Origin: Bifidobacterium breve
Lineage (GTDB): Bacteria; Actinomycetota; Acidimicrobiia; Acidimicrobiales; Acidimicrobilacustridaceae
NCBI GenBank assembly: GCA_945860545.1
Contig: CAMAQM010000002.1
Location: 57,942 to 121,941 of the forward strand
DNA length: 64,000 nucleotides
Direction of reading: 5' to 3'
In this document: positions 39,177-49,839 of the stretch, in pieces
How the letters are laid out: each line of letters starts with the position of its first letter
How positions within the stretch are numbered: the first letter of the stretch is position 1
Position numbers and translations under genes: made by a program
Notes under the pieces: model-generated
What the model was told of the DNA's origin: nothing
Seen by the model: the letters and a program-made list of their open reading frames with translations, nothing else
Database searches by the model: none

Positions 39177-42100
39177 GTGCGAGCCCCCGCTGACATGCCG
39201 TCGCGTCCCCGCCCATCAGGTTCGGGCCGTGGCCGGATCGCCCTGATCGTCGCCGTGGGCGTTGTGGTTCTCCTCATCGCCTCGGCTCGTGGCCTCGCCG
39301 GTTTTTGGACCGACTTCTTGTGGTTCGACGCCGTGGGACGCACCGACGTGTGGAGCGGCACCCTCGGGGCCAAGGTCACGCTCGCTGTGATGTTCACGGC
39401 GGTGTTCGCCGTGATCCTGTGGGCGAACCTCACCGTGGCTGACCGGTTGGCGCCGGGGTTGCCGGCTGCGGACACCGACGAATTGCTGAAGCGCTACCAG
39501 TCGCTGATGAGTCGCCGGGCGGTGGTGATCCGGGTGGCGGTGGCTGTGGTGGCCGGCCTGTTGGCCGGGGTGTCGATGTCGGCGCAGTGGGAGACGTGGC
39601 TGTTGTTCCTCAACGGCGGCACCACCGACATCACCGACCCCCAGTTCGGCATGGACGTCACGTTCTACCTGTTCCGTCTGCCGTTCATCACCCTCGCCCT
39701 CGACTGGTTGTTCGCCTCGCTGGTCGTCATCACGTTCATCACCGCCATCGCCCACTACCTCAACGGGGGTATTCGCCTGCAGGCGCCCGGTGACCGGGTC
39801 ACCCCCCAGGTCAAGGCCCACCTGTCGTTGCTGCTCGGGTTGATGGCCGTGGTCCGCGCCGTCGGGTACTGGTTCGACCGGTACGAACTCGTCTACTCGA
39901 CCCGTTCCACGGTGACGGGGGCGTTGTACACGGCGGTGAACGCCGAGTTGCCCGCCCTGAACCTGTTGTTGGCCATCGCCGTGCTGTCGGCCGTGTTGTT
40001 CATCGTGAACATCCGTCGCCGCGGCTGGGTGCTCCCGGTGGTTGCGGTCGGCTTGTGGGGTTTCGTCGCCATCGTGGTGGGGGTTGCCTACCCGGCGTTC
40101 ATCCAGCGTTTTCAGGTCACCCCTGACCTGTCCCAAAAGGAAGCGCCGTTCGTCGAGCGCAACATTGAGGCCACCCGTTACGCCATGGGTCTCAACGACG
40201 TCGAGATTCGCCGCTACGGGGACTTCACCGTCGACATCGCCGAGGGTCGTGCCGCCGTGGCCAACAACCCGGCCACCATCCGCAACGTGCCGCTGCTTGA
40301 TTCGCGTGCCGTGCTCCGCACCTTCCAGCGACTCCAACCGGGACTGGGTTTCTACCGGTTCCTGGGTCTCGAGGTGGACCGGTACCAGGTTCGTGACCCC
40401 AACGGGAACATCAATCTCACCCAAGCCCTCGTCAGCACACGTGAACTGGCGACCGACGAGATCCCCGACACGTGGGAGAACCAGCACATCGTCTACACCC
40501 ACGGCTACGGGATGGCGCTCGCCCCCGCCAACGTCACGACCTCCAACGGTCAGCCGGACTTTTTGGTGCGGGACCTCCCCGTTGAGGTGAGTCCCTCACT
40601 TGTCGGTGTCGAACTGAACCGACCGGAGTTGTACGTGGCGGAGGACTTCGCTGGCTACGCCATCGTGGGCACCACCCGAAACGAGTTGGCGTTCCTCGAC
40701 GAGAACGGCGCCACCCAGGAATTCCGTTACGACGGGGACGATGGGGTGGGGCTCGGGTCGTTCGCCCGACGGGCGGCGTTCGCGCTGCGTTTCGCCGACT
40801 GGAACGTGTTGGTGTCGGACTTCATCACCGGCGACTCCAAGGTCATCTTCCGTCGTGACGTGCGCGAGCGGGTCCGTGAGGTCGCGCCGTTCCTCTCACT
40901 GGATTCCGAGGTCTACCCCGTCATCGCCAACGGGCGGATCTATTACGTGCTCGACGCGTACACGACCTCGAACCGTTGGCCCTACGGCCAGCAGGCTGAT
41001 CTGACCGGGTTGGCGGACAGCGGACTGCAGCGAGACTTCAACTACGTGCGCAACTCGGTCAAGGCGGTCGTGGACGCCTACGACGGCACCATCAGCCTCT
41101 ACGTCATGGACGACACCGACCCGGTGGTGAACGCCTGGCGGAGCGCGTTCCCCGATCTGTTCACCGGTGTGGACCAGATGGACGAAGGGATCCGCCAGCA
41201 CATCCGTTACCCCCGTGACCTGTTCACGGTGCAGACCACGATGTACTCGCGTTACCACCTGACCCAACCGCAGGAATTCCTCGAACAGACCAACGCCTGG
41301 CAGGTCGCTCCGGCCCCGCCCCGCACTCTGCAGAGCCAACAGGTCAATGTCACCCTCCCCACCACCGGGGTTGGCGCCACCCAGGCCCAGCCGCTCGTCA
41401 CCAACGTGTCCGACGACCGGATGAGTCCGTATTACCAACTGTTGCGTCTGCCGGGAGAGACCGAGCAGACATTCGTGCAGATGCGGGCCTACACGCCGCG
41501 TTCGCGTGAGGACACGTCGCAGAAACTCACGGCGTTCATGGCGGCCAACAGTGACCCCAACCAGGACTACGGCAAGCTCATCGTGTACGAGATGCCCTCC
41601 AATCTTCAGGTGTCGGGCCCCAAGCTCGTCACCTCGCAGGTCCTCGCCGACGATGTCATCGCCCAGCAGTTGAACCTGCTCGACAGTCGCGGGTCCACGG
41701 TGACCTTCGGCGACCTGATGCTGCTGCCTCTTGAGACCGGCAAGGGGGCCAGCACCATCCTGTACGTGTGGCCGGTGTACGTGGCGAGTTCGCAGACCAA
41801 CGTGCCCGAGCTGCGCAACGTGGTCGGGGTGTTCGGCGAGGAAGTCGTCATGATGCCGACGCTGCGCGAGGTCATCCAGGAATTGTTCGATCTCGACCTC
41901 ACCACATTCGAAGGGGTCGCAGGGGAGGGTGAACCCACCGACGGACCCACCGACCCCGGAGCGCAGACCGAGATCGAGGTGGATGACGGTGGTACGACGA
42001 CCACCGCGCCGCCCACCACCGTGGTCCCCACACCTTCGGGGCGTCCCACCGAGGCGGAAGTCCAAGCTGAGATCAGTGCCATTGACGACCTGTTGGCCCA

Positions 42101-42209
42101 GGCAGACCGGGCGCTCCGCACCGACGGCGACCTCGGGACCTACCAGCGACTCGTTGCTGAGGCGTCCCGTCGTCTCGACGCGCTGACCGCCCGCCTCAAC
42201 ACCGCCTGA
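39177..42209 (+). CDS. UPF0182 family large membrane protein
   Basis: 1010 aa. N-terminal multi-TM region with FWTDFLWFDAVG, then a large extracytoplasmic part, matching the conserved actinobacterial UPF0182 architecture. Confidence 0.85.
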   Translation: MRAPADMPSRPRPSGSGRGRIALIVAVGVVVLLIASARGLAGFWTDFLWFDAVGRTDVWSGTLGAKVTLAVMFTAVFAVILWANLTVADRLAPGLPAADTDELLKRYQSLMSRRAVVIRVAVAVVAGLLAGVSMSAQWETWLLFLNGGTTDITDPQFGMDVTFYLFRLPFITLALDWLFASLVVITFITAIAHYLNGGIRLQAPGDRVTPQVKAHLSLLLGLMAVVRAVGYWFDRYELVYSTRSTVTGALYTAVNAELPALNLLLAIAVLSAVLFIVNIRRRGWVLPVVAVGLWGFVAIVVGVAYPAFIQRFQVTPDLSQKEAPFVERNIEATRYAMGLNDVEIRRYGDFTVDIAEGRAAVANNPATIRNVPLLDSRAVLRTFQRLQPGLGFYRFLGLEVDRYQVRDPNGNINLTQALVSTRELATDEIPDTWENQHIVYTHGYGMALAPANVTTSNGQPDFLVRDLPVEVSPSLVGVELNRPELYVAEDFAGYAIVGTTRNELAFLDENGATQEFRYDGDDGVGLGSFARRAAFALRFADWNVLVSDFITGDSKVIFRRDVRERVREVAPFLSLDSEVYPVIANGRIYYVLDAYTTSNRWPYGQQADLTGLADSGLQRDFNYVRNSVKAVVDAYDGTISLYVMDDTDPVVNAWRSAFPDLFTGVDQMDEGIRQHIRYPRDLFTVQTTMYSRYHLTQPQEFLEQTNAWQVAPAPPRTLQSQQVNVTLPTTGVGATQAQPLVTNVSDDRMSPYYQLLRLPGETEQTFVQMRAYTPRSREDTSQKLTAFMAANSDPNQDYGKLIVYEMPSNLQVSGPKLVTSQVLADDVIAQQLNLLDSRGSTVTFGDLMLLPLETGKGASTILYVWPVYVASSQTNVPELRNVVGVFGEEVVMMPTLREVIQELFDLDLTTFEGVAGEGEPTDGPTDPGAQTEIEVDDGGTTTTAPPTTVVPTPSGRPTEAEVQAEISAIDDLLAQADRALRTDGDLGTYQRLVAEASRRLDALTARLNTA

Positions 42210-42216
42210 GTCACCT

Positions 42217-43761
42217 GTGCTGCTGCACCACGTGGTGGGGGAGCGGTCCGCGGCCGACCCCGATGGCGTTGCCCTCGTCGGCCCCGACGGCCTGCCCGTC
42301 ACCTGGCGTGAACTTGCCGTTCGGGTGGGCGCCGTTGCCGCAGCCGTGTCGGCCGAGGTGCCTGCGGGGGGTCGTGTCGCCGCCATCGGGCCGAACCACG
42401 CGGCATGGGTTGACCTCTACTACGGGGTTCCCGCCGCCGGCAGGGTGCTGGTGCCGCTCAACCATCGGCTCGCTCCCGCCGAGTGGGTCTCCCAGATCGG
42501 CCGCGCCGGGGTGTCAGCGGTGTTCGGGGACGGGCACTACCTCGCCCAACTGGCGTCGGCCGGGGTGGACGAGGCGCTCCTGCGACCGTGGCCGACGCCA
42601 CCGACCCACAGCGCTGATCCCGAAGGGTTCAGCAACGAGGTGTCCACCGACGACCCGGCGTGGTTGTTGTTCACCAGTGGTACCACCGGCACCCCCAAAG
42701 GGGCGGTGCTGACCCACGGCAGCCTGCTCGCTGCGGTGGCAGCCAGCGCGGCGGCTCGACCCGTCGATCCCGACGACGTCTACCTGTTCTGCTTCCCGCT
42801 GTGTCACGTGGCGGGATACAACGTCATCCACCGCCACGCCCACGGCCGTCCCGTCGTACTCACCGAGCGGTTCGAGCCGGTGTCATTTTGTGACGCTGTG
42901 GCTCGGCACCGGGTGACTTCAGCGTCGCTGGCGGCGACCATGCTCGCTGCGTTGTGTGACCACATTGAGGCCACACCCTCCGCCGTCAACCGGCTTTCCA
43001 CGCTTCGGCTCGTTGCCTACGGTGCCGCCCCCATGCCGCCGCCGTTGCTGCACCGCGCCCACCGACTCCTGCCGCACCTCGACTTCACCCAGGGTTATGG
43101 CATGACCGAACTGTCAGGCAACGCGGTGTTCCTCGGGGTGGACGCACATCGGGAGGCACTGGCCAACAGGGACGACGCCCTGCTTGGCGCCGCCGGTCAC
43201 CCCGCCCCCGGGGTGGAGATCCGGGTCGCGTCGGCGGACACGGGTTTCGCTCTCCCCGTCGGTGCGGTGGGGGAGATCGAAGTGCGTGCCGGACAGGTCA
43301 TGGCCGGGTACTGGCAGGATCCTGAAGCGACCGCGTCAACGGTGCGTGACGGCTGGTTGCGCACGGGGGATCTCGGGGCGTTGAACGCCGACGGGTTGTT
43401 GACGGTGGTGGACCGATCCAAGGACATGATCATCACCGGCGGGGAGAACGTTGCGTCTCGCGAGGTGGAGGACGCCGTGCTCGCCACCCCCGGTGTGGGG
43501 GCCGTTGCAGTGGTCGGGATCCCTGATCCCGTCTGGGGCGAGAACGTGTGCGCCGTTGTGGTGCCACGACCCGGGGAGACGGTGGACGCCGAGGAAATCT
43601 GCGGGATCGTGCGCCGACGACTTGCAGGGTTCAAGGTCCCTCGCCACGTCGTCGTCGTTGACGAACTCCCCGTCAACGCCGGCGGAAAAGTCCTCAAGGC
43701 TGATCTGCGGGCGTGGCTTGCTGCCCACCCCGAGGTAGTGGGGCCACGTAGGTCGACCTGA
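42217..43761 (+). CDS. AMP-dependent acyl-CoA synthetase/ligase
   Basis: AMP-binding motif LFTSGTTGTPKGAVLTHG, plus TGDLG and GKVLK near the C-terminus. Confidence 0.85.
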   Translation: MLLHHVVGERSAADPDGVALVGPDGLPVTWRELAVRVGAVAAAVSAEVPAGGRVAAIGPNHAAWVDLYYGVPAAGRVLVPLNHRLAPAEWVSQIGRAGVSAVFGDGHYLAQLASAGVDEALLRPWPTPPTHSADPEGFSNEVSTDDPAWLLFTSGTTGTPKGAVLTHGSLLAAVAASAAARPVDPDDVYLFCFPLCHVAGYNVIHRHAHGRPVVLTERFEPVSFCDAVARHRVTSASLAATMLAALCDHIEATPSAVNRLSTLRLVAYGAAPMPPPLLHRAHRLLPHLDFTQGYGMTELSGNAVFLGVDAHREALANRDDALLGAAGHPAPGVEIRVASADTGFALPVGAVGEIEVRAGQVMAGYWQDPEATASTVRDGWLRTGDLGALNADGLLTVVDRSKDMIITGGENVASREVEDAVLATPGVGAVAVVGIPDPVWGENVCAVVVPRPGETVDAEEICGIVRRRLAGFKVPRHVVVVDELPVNAGGKVLKADLRAWLAAHPEVVGPRRST

Positions 43762-43790
43762 CGACGTCAGATCGGTTCACCCGTTGAGGG

Positions 43791-44456
43791 TCAACCGGTG
43801 AACGACGGCTTTGCCGGAGCGGGAGTCGGCGCCGGAGTGGGTTCGGGGTTCACGTTGGTGACGGTGAACGTGGCGGTGGCGTCCGAGTTCGGAAGTGACA
43901 ACAGGTCGTTTGCGGCGGCCACCACGGTGGCGTCACAGGTGGGGCCTTCAACGACGGCTGGGACGTTGAACGGTGCGGCGACCACGGTGGCGGTGCCACC
44001 GGTGAGCGGCGACCCGCCGGGGTTCGCCATCGATGCCTCGATCGTCACCGGACTTGCGAGGTCACAGATCACGGTCTCGCTGATGGCGATCTGCACGTTG
44101 AACACGAAGCCGACGTTCGCAGCACCGCTTGCGGTGTCAAGGGTGCCGGTGAAGGGGCTGGCGTCGGTGATGATGATGGCCGCCTGGGGGCCGGTGCCGC
44201 CGCGCAGGAACGGCGGGATGGAAGTGGTGCCGTTGGTGATCGCGTTGGTCTGCTCGTCAAGGTCGAACGTGATGGTCGCACCCGAGGGCAGCTCGACAGC
44301 GGGCGGCGGGCCGACGGTGATCGCACCGGTCACGGTGTAGGTCTGCGAGACGACTGCAGCGCCAGCGGGTGTGCCGTTGGCGCCGAGTGCGGCGACGAGT
44401 GCGACGGCGCCGCCCACGGCGAGCAGTCGACGGGTGGTTCGAGCGGTTGAGGTCAT
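43791..44456 (-). CDS. secreted protein with PT-rich linker and C-terminal PSFTG
   Basis: Signal peptide MTSTARTTRRLLAVGGAVALVAALGANG..AGA. About 180-aa Thr/Val-rich body with two Cys. Ends NPEPTPAPTPAPAKPSFTG-stop. Lies directly downstream of the SLH protein gene. Confidence 0.7.
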   Translation of the reverse strand: MTSTARTTRRLLAVGGAVALVAALGANGTPAGAAVVSQTYTVTGAITVGPPPAVELPSGATITFDLDEQTNAITNGTTSIPPFLRGGTGPQAAIIITDASPFTGTLDTASGAANVGFVFNVQIAISETVICDLASPVTIEASMANPGGSPLTGGTATVVAAPFNVPAVVEGPTCDATVVAAANDLLSLPNSDATATFTVTNVNPEPTPAPTPAPAKPSFTG

Positions 44457-44515
44457 GGGGGCATCGTAGCCCGGGTAGTTCGGGGCCTTGTCGCCTTGGC
44501 GTCCTCGGGGTGTCT

Positions 44516-47167
44516 TCAGAGGTCGCGGGGGCCTGCGCACGGGTTGCCGTTGCAGACGTCACGGAACGGCCCGTTCTCGGCGAGGTACTCGTCGATGAGG
44601 GTGCGCAGGGCCGACAGGCGTGCGCCAGCCCCATGAGGGTCGGGGAATCCCGGTGTGGACGATGGCCCGGTGTTGGTCGTCGGCGGCGCCGGATTCCCGA
44701 AGTCCCAGATCAACATGCCCGACCCCTGGTGAGGGAAGGTCGTCAGCGGCTCGATGTTCCAGAACGGTTCGACGTCAGGGCTGCGGCCGGGGGCGAGTGC
44801 CGGCTGGCGCAACGGGATGTTCATCGTGCGGGCCATGACCTCGGTGGTGACGTTGGCCACCGCCTCGTCGGCGAACGCCATGAAGATCAAGATGTCCTTG
44901 GCCGGCGTGTTGGCGTACGGCTCACTTGTCACGTGGTGGGCGTAACCGTTGGCCTCCGAGCGGTCCCACAGGATCTGGACCACACCGGACCCGATGGAGC
45001 GTTCAATGGGGTCACCGCCGTAGGCGCCGTTGATGATCGAACTGAACGGTGCGCCGAGCACGCTGCGGTCGAGCAGTGTCGAATAGTTCATGCCGGGCAC
45101 GCCGAGCAGGCCCCGATCGAAATCCTGGGCCACGGCCATCAGGGCGCCGCCCATGATGCCGCCCTGGGACAGGCCGATGTAGAACAACTGGTCGTGGTCG
45201 AGCACGCCGCGACCCTGGCTGTCCCTGAACGCCGGGAGGCTGGCGAGCCCACCGGGGTCCTTCATCGCCCGGCCCAACACCAACATGTTCAGGATGGCTT
45301 GCTGCCCGCGGTCGGGCAGGGTCGGGAAGTCACTGAGGTTCTGCAGCAGGCTGAGCACGGCCCCTGACGTCAGGTCGTCTTGTGACAGACCCCACAGGTC
45401 GACGGCGCAGACCGTGAGGTTGCCGTCACGGATCGCCCAGTCGAGATCCTCTTGGGCGATGCGACCTGAACCGAGCAGGCCGTGTCCGGCGAGCACCATG
45501 CGAGTGGGGTTTGCACCCGACACGTTGGCGGGCATCGCACACCAGTAGGTGACATCCAAGGTGGCCCGTGAGGTCGCCGAGTTCGTGTTGCGGCGCGGCA
45601 GGCCGTCGGGGCCGAGGTTGAAACGTGACCCGGGCTGGCCTGAACCGGTGAGGAAGTTGGGGACCTTCACCACGCCGGTGACGCACTTGAGCAGCGATGG
45701 TGCACAGTCACCGGTCGTTGGGGTCGAGGTGACTGACACGCTGGGGGCTTTGCTGGCGTAGAGGTTGAACGTCTCGTCGCGGATCTTGAGGAGCCGTCCC
45801 GAGATGTTCTCGGCGGAGGCGACGGTGAACTCCCACGCCAGGTACAGCTCTGACCGCTCCACACCTCGGGTCCCGAGGTGGTCAATGGTGGCGTTCACCT
45901 CGGCGCGGCGCGCCTCGATGGCGGGGGATGGGGCAGCCCACTGATTTCGGATGGTGTCAAACGCCAGCGAGGGCTCGAGTGGTGTCCCCGACTCGTCCAC
46001 GAGGTTGCGCAAGCCGACCACATAGGTGGCGCCCTCCTCGAAGTTCACCGCCGGTCGGATGAAGGTGATCCGGTCCTCGTCGTCGGTGACCTGTGCGTCG
46101 AGCTCCGCCCAGTAGGGGTGTCGCTCACCGGTTTCCTTGTTGATGATCACCACTGGTGCATCGGGGTCCAGCGAGGAACCCATGTCGGTGATCGGGGCGA
46201 CACCGGATCGGGTGAGATCGACACCGGGGAGGTGCACCAGCAGCGCCGAGCCGGGACTGAACCCGTCGGAGCGGTTCTGATCGGTGGGATCGATGCGCAC
46301 GCCCGTGGCGTTACGAGGCATTGACAGCCGGTCGAAGTCGAGGCGCAGACCGGTTGCAGTGGTCGCGTCGACCCGGGTGAAGTGGTTCGAGGGGAACGGG
46401 AGCAGACAGCTCCGCGGGTCAAGAACCTCGCAGTCGAACCGGGCGCTCGGTGGCGGAGAATCGAACCAGATCTCAGGGGTGGAGGCCATGCGGGACAGGA
46501 ACGCCGCCATCTGCCCGCGGGTCACCGCGATACCCGGGCCGTAACGGGCGGGGTTGCCGTCAATGCCGTTGGTGATGAATTGCGCCTTCATCCAGCACGT
46601 GGCTGATGCCAGTTCGCCACTGCTGGGGATGTCCTGGAAGCCACAGCTCGTGGGTTGGGGTGCGGCGTTGGCCAACCGGTAAAGGAACAGGGCCATCTCG
46701 CCACGTGTCACCGCCCCCTGGGGTCGGTACGGGTTTGCCACGGTGATGTTCTCCGCTCGCAGCCAGCACACCGCCTCACGGACCGCCGCAGGAATCGTCG
46801 CTTCGTCGCTGAGCCCACACGAGTTCCCTGCAGCGGGCTGGCCCATCATCTTGTGGAGGAAGGTCGCCATCTGCGAGCGGGTCACGACACGCTCCGGGCC
46901 GAAGATCACCCCGCCTGAGACGTTGATGCCAGAGGTGATGTTGCGTTCGACCAGCCAGTTGACGGCGTCGGCGTAGAAAGCGTTGGGTGCAACGTCGGGG
47001 AATTGCGCAATGGCCGGGGTGGCATCTGCTGCGGTCTCGGGTTCGGCGGCCGTTGCCGATGACGCGAACGGCACCGCAGTCATCAACAACCCGATGCTCG
47101 CAATGGTTGCGGCGAGACGGCGCAGGGTTCGGCGGTTTGTGGTGCGACGTGACGGTGCGATGTGCAA
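44516..47167 (-). CDS. secreted triple-SLH-domain protein with alpha/beta-hydrolase-like C-terminal region
   Basis: Signal peptide, then three SLH-like repeats ending TRSQMATFL, TRGEMALFL and TRGQMAAFL, and a later GLSQGG nucleophile-elbow-like motif. GAGGGGGG lies 7 nt before TTG 47167; the longer track ORF would read through the tRNA gene. Confidence 0.75.
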   Translation of the reverse strand: MHIAPSRRTTNRRTLRRLAATIASIGLLMTAVPFASSATAAEPETAADATPAIAQFPDVAPNAFYADAVNWLVERNITSGINVSGGVIFGPERVVTRSQMATFLHKMMGQPAAGNSCGLSDEATIPAAVREAVCWLRAENITVANPYRPQGAVTRGEMALFLYRLANAAPQPTSCGFQDIPSSGELASATCWMKAQFITNGIDGNPARYGPGIAVTRGQMAAFLSRMASTPEIWFDSPPPSARFDCEVLDPRSCLLPFPSNHFTRVDATTATGLRLDFDRLSMPRNATGVRIDPTDQNRSDGFSPGSALLVHLPGVDLTRSGVAPITDMGSSLDPDAPVVIINKETGERHPYWAELDAQVTDDEDRITFIRPAVNFEEGATYVVGLRNLVDESGTPLEPSLAFDTIRNQWAAPSPAIEARRAEVNATIDHLGTRGVERSELYLAWEFTVASAENISGRLLKIRDETFNLYASKAPSVSVTSTPTTGDCAPSLLKCVTGVVKVPNFLTGSGQPGSRFNLGPDGLPRRNTNSATSRATLDVTYWCAMPANVSGANPTRMVLAGHGLLGSGRIAQEDLDWAIRDGNLTVCAVDLWGLSQDDLTSGAVLSLLQNLSDFPTLPDRGQQAILNMLVLGRAMKDPGGLASLPAFRDSQGRGVLDHDQLFYIGLSQGGIMGGALMAVAQDFDRGLLGVPGMNYSTLLDRSVLGAPFSSIINGAYGGDPIERSIGSGVVQILWDRSEANGYAHHVTSEPYANTPAKDILIFMAFADEAVANVTTEVMARTMNIPLRQPALAPGRSPDVEPFWNIEPLTTFPHQGSGMLIWDFGNPAPPTTNTGPSSTPGFPDPHGAGARLSALRTLIDEYLAENGPFRDVCNGNPCAGPRDL

Positions 47168-47280
47168 GGAAATCCCCCCTCGGATCACCGGCGACACTAG
47201 TGGCGACTGGAGCAGGTTGTGGCCGCGGGCCGGTAACCACTTTGGAAACGGACGGCAGGGGGCGTAGGATGGAAGCACGC

Positions 47281-47357
<77 letters not shown>

Positions 47358-47499
47358 AGTGAGGCGATATGCCTGCAATGGAGCCGGTCCCAAGGGGCCG
47401 GCTTCTGTGCTTGTTGGGGATGGACCCTGGGCACATCCTGGGGTGGTGTTCGTCAATTTGACGGTTCCTGGCGGCAATTGATTCTCGGTCGAGGTCACA

Positions 47500-48360
47500 G
47501 TGGTGCCGTACGGTTGGCTAATGGTCAACAACGTTGATACTTCCTCCTGCGGTCGCGGTCTGGACGGCCTACCTGGCCGCCTCCGGATCGCCACCTGGAA
47601 CGTCGAACGACCGAAACCTCGCGGCTGGAAGATCCCACCGGCACAGCGCGAGCGCATGGCCGAGGTCAACGCCCATATCTGGGTGCTCACCGAGACCCAC
47701 GTCGACCACCAGCCAACACCCGCGCATACCCATCGTGCATTCAGCCCCCCGCACCCCGAACGGCGGCCCGACCACGAGCGCTGGGTGGGTATCTGGTCAC
47801 GGTGGCCGATGACTGCGCTCACCGATCCCCCGGCCCACCGGCGGGGCAGCCTGGCTGTGGAGGTCGCCACCCCTTGGGGTCCGGTGATCGTGTACGGCAC
47901 GGTGCTGGCGTGGGCCAATGAGCGCCACTTCGACGACGGCCAACCGGCACGCATGTGGGAGGTGCACCACGCCGAGGTCGACCGCCAGTGCGGCGAGTGG
48001 GCATCAATCGCCCGCAACCATCCCGGCTCCCCGCTCGTGGTCGCCGGTGACTTCAACCAGGATCGAGATGGATCGGGCTGGTACGGAACCAACCCAGCGC
48101 GTAAGGCGGTGACCGACGGACTGGCCGCAGCCGGGCTGGAGTGTGTGACTGCGTTCGACGCTGCCGCCGAGGGACGCCTTGCCACAGGCCACCTTGTCGA
48201 CCACATCTGCGTTAGCCGGCACTGGGCACATCTATCAACCGTTGAGTTGGCCGAGCGCATTGACATCCAGGGCCGACGGCTGTCCGATCACCCGACGGTC
48301 ACCGTCGAGATTGATCTCGATCCCGCTCTAATCCCATTGGTCGAACCGATCGTTCAGTGA
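47500..48360 (+). CDS. endonuclease/exonuclease/phosphatase (EEP) family protein
   Basis: LRIATWNVERP, WVLTETH, VVAGDFNQD, LVDHICVS and LSDHPTVTVEI form the EEP catalytic motif series. An alternative start exists at ATG 47521. Confidence 0.75.
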   Translation: MVPYGWLMVNNVDTSSCGRGLDGLPGRLRIATWNVERPKPRGWKIPPAQRERMAEVNAHIWVLTETHVDHQPTPAHTHRAFSPPHPERRPDHERWVGIWSRWPMTALTDPPAHRRGSLAVEVATPWGPVIVYGTVLAWANERHFDDGQPARMWEVHHAEVDRQCGEWASIARNHPGSPLVVAGDFNQDRDGSGWYGTNPARKAVTDGLAAAGLECVTAFDAAAEGRLATGHLVDHICVSRHWAHLSTVELAERIDIQGRRLSDHPTVTVEIDLDPALIPLVEPIVQ

Positions 48361-48824
48361 CGACGACGGGTCGCAGGGAGCGGCCCACCGATTGATGTCC
48401 CCTTCGTCCGCTGCACCACCAGTGCTGCGTCACGACGGCCCACGGCGGTGCCGGGGTCGCAAACATCCAGCAGCGCCGCCACCTCATCGTCAGCCACGTC
48501 TCTTCCCAGCCGCCCGCTGGTGCCTCGCAGGCGTGGAAGGGCGCGCACGTCGTCGAGTAGCTGCTGGTCGACGAGCCCCAGTCGGCGGGCTTCGCCAAGC
48601 ACCTGGCGGACCACGGTCCAGCACGTGTTGCCCCACGACACCGAAAACGCACCCAGCCCGGCACGCACTGTCGCCACTTCGGCGTAGGTGATGGCCGCCC
48701 AGTCGATGGTGTCGACGTCGAGCAGACGGGCGACGGTGCGCAGCGCGGCGGTGGCGGTCCGACGGGAGTGGTCGGTGCCCAGTCGGGCGAGGTAGAGGGC
48801 AGCGGGGTCAGGTGTGCAGGTCAT
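48354..48824 (-). pseudogene. tyrosine recombinase/integrase, N-terminal core-binding part only
   Basis: The SAM-like core-binding pattern runs up to ..GRDVADDEVAALLDVCDPGTAVGRRDAALVV. The catalytic domain is absent in all three frames, and the ORF runs into the 3' end of the EEP gene. Confidence 0.5.
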
Positions 48825-49839
48825 GCACTTTGGCTGGCTGGGGTGCTGGGGTTACTCACTGCTGCAAAGGCCAGTTGGTGGAAGTCAGCGACCGTAGTCG
48901 GGGGTGTTCACAAGTCGCTCTGACCTGTGGCTATGCGACCACTTGTGAGGGGCGCCGCGACAACCCGAGGGGGCTTCACGGTTCCCAGAACCAGCTCGCG
49001 GCGCTCGGTTGGACATCCGCCTGTTCCAGGGAATCACCTTGATGACCTGCCTAACAGCCGATTCATGGGCAGCGTTGACATCTTCCTGCGACGGACGTTG
49101 CTCACCGGTCCACAGTCAGAACGGTTGACCACGTCGACCTCCTAGACCATGGAATCGAACCGACGCTGTATCGGTTCGCCATCGAGAGCAACTCGCCGAT
49201 CTGCGCCGGGGGATGGCGACCCGAGCACACTCCCGATCCGTGGTCGAACTTCCAACCGCCGATCGATCGGATCGCGGCGCGTGCTTCGAGATCGGCGACT
49301 GCGGCCTCAGCTCGGTCGAGGAATGTGCCGGCGAACACTCGTCGTTGCGTCGTTGCGTCGGCCGGGAAGGTGACCACCTGGCCCGATGGCAGGACCGTGT
49401 AGGCGGCGTGCACCCGATGGGCGAGGTAGGCCTCATCTCACGAGAGCGGTTGTCCGCTTCCCGCGTTCCAGTTCTCGAGATAGTGCGACAACCAGCGCAA
49501 CCGTCTCCTCCAAGAACAACAACAACACCTGCGGCGCACCGCTGATTTTCTGTCGCTTCAGCACGCGCACGGTCCAGCAGAACTCATTGTTCTCGACGAA
49601 GTGCGTGATCGGGAGCTATGAACCACCGCCCTCGGTGACTCGGTGCTTGGTTTGGCGATCTTCACCATGACTGAGCTCAGTGGCACTTTGATCAGGTGCT
49701 GCGAAATCTGGGGACTGGTGGTTCAAAGTAGGCCGCGCCAACAGCAGTTTCGTGAAGAACTTAGAAGAACACCGGCGTGGTAGTAGCGTTCGAATATCGT
49801 TTGGCCACGTCCGGGCGAACGTTTCGCTGGGAGTTTCGA

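Noticed and set aside
39216-42386. Long minus-strand ORFs (39216-40502 and 40896-42386) antisense to UPF0182
   Set aside because: Their His/Arg/Gly/Asp-rich composition and lack of RBS mark them as non-coding. The plus-strand UPF0182 reading is coherent over 1010 codons.
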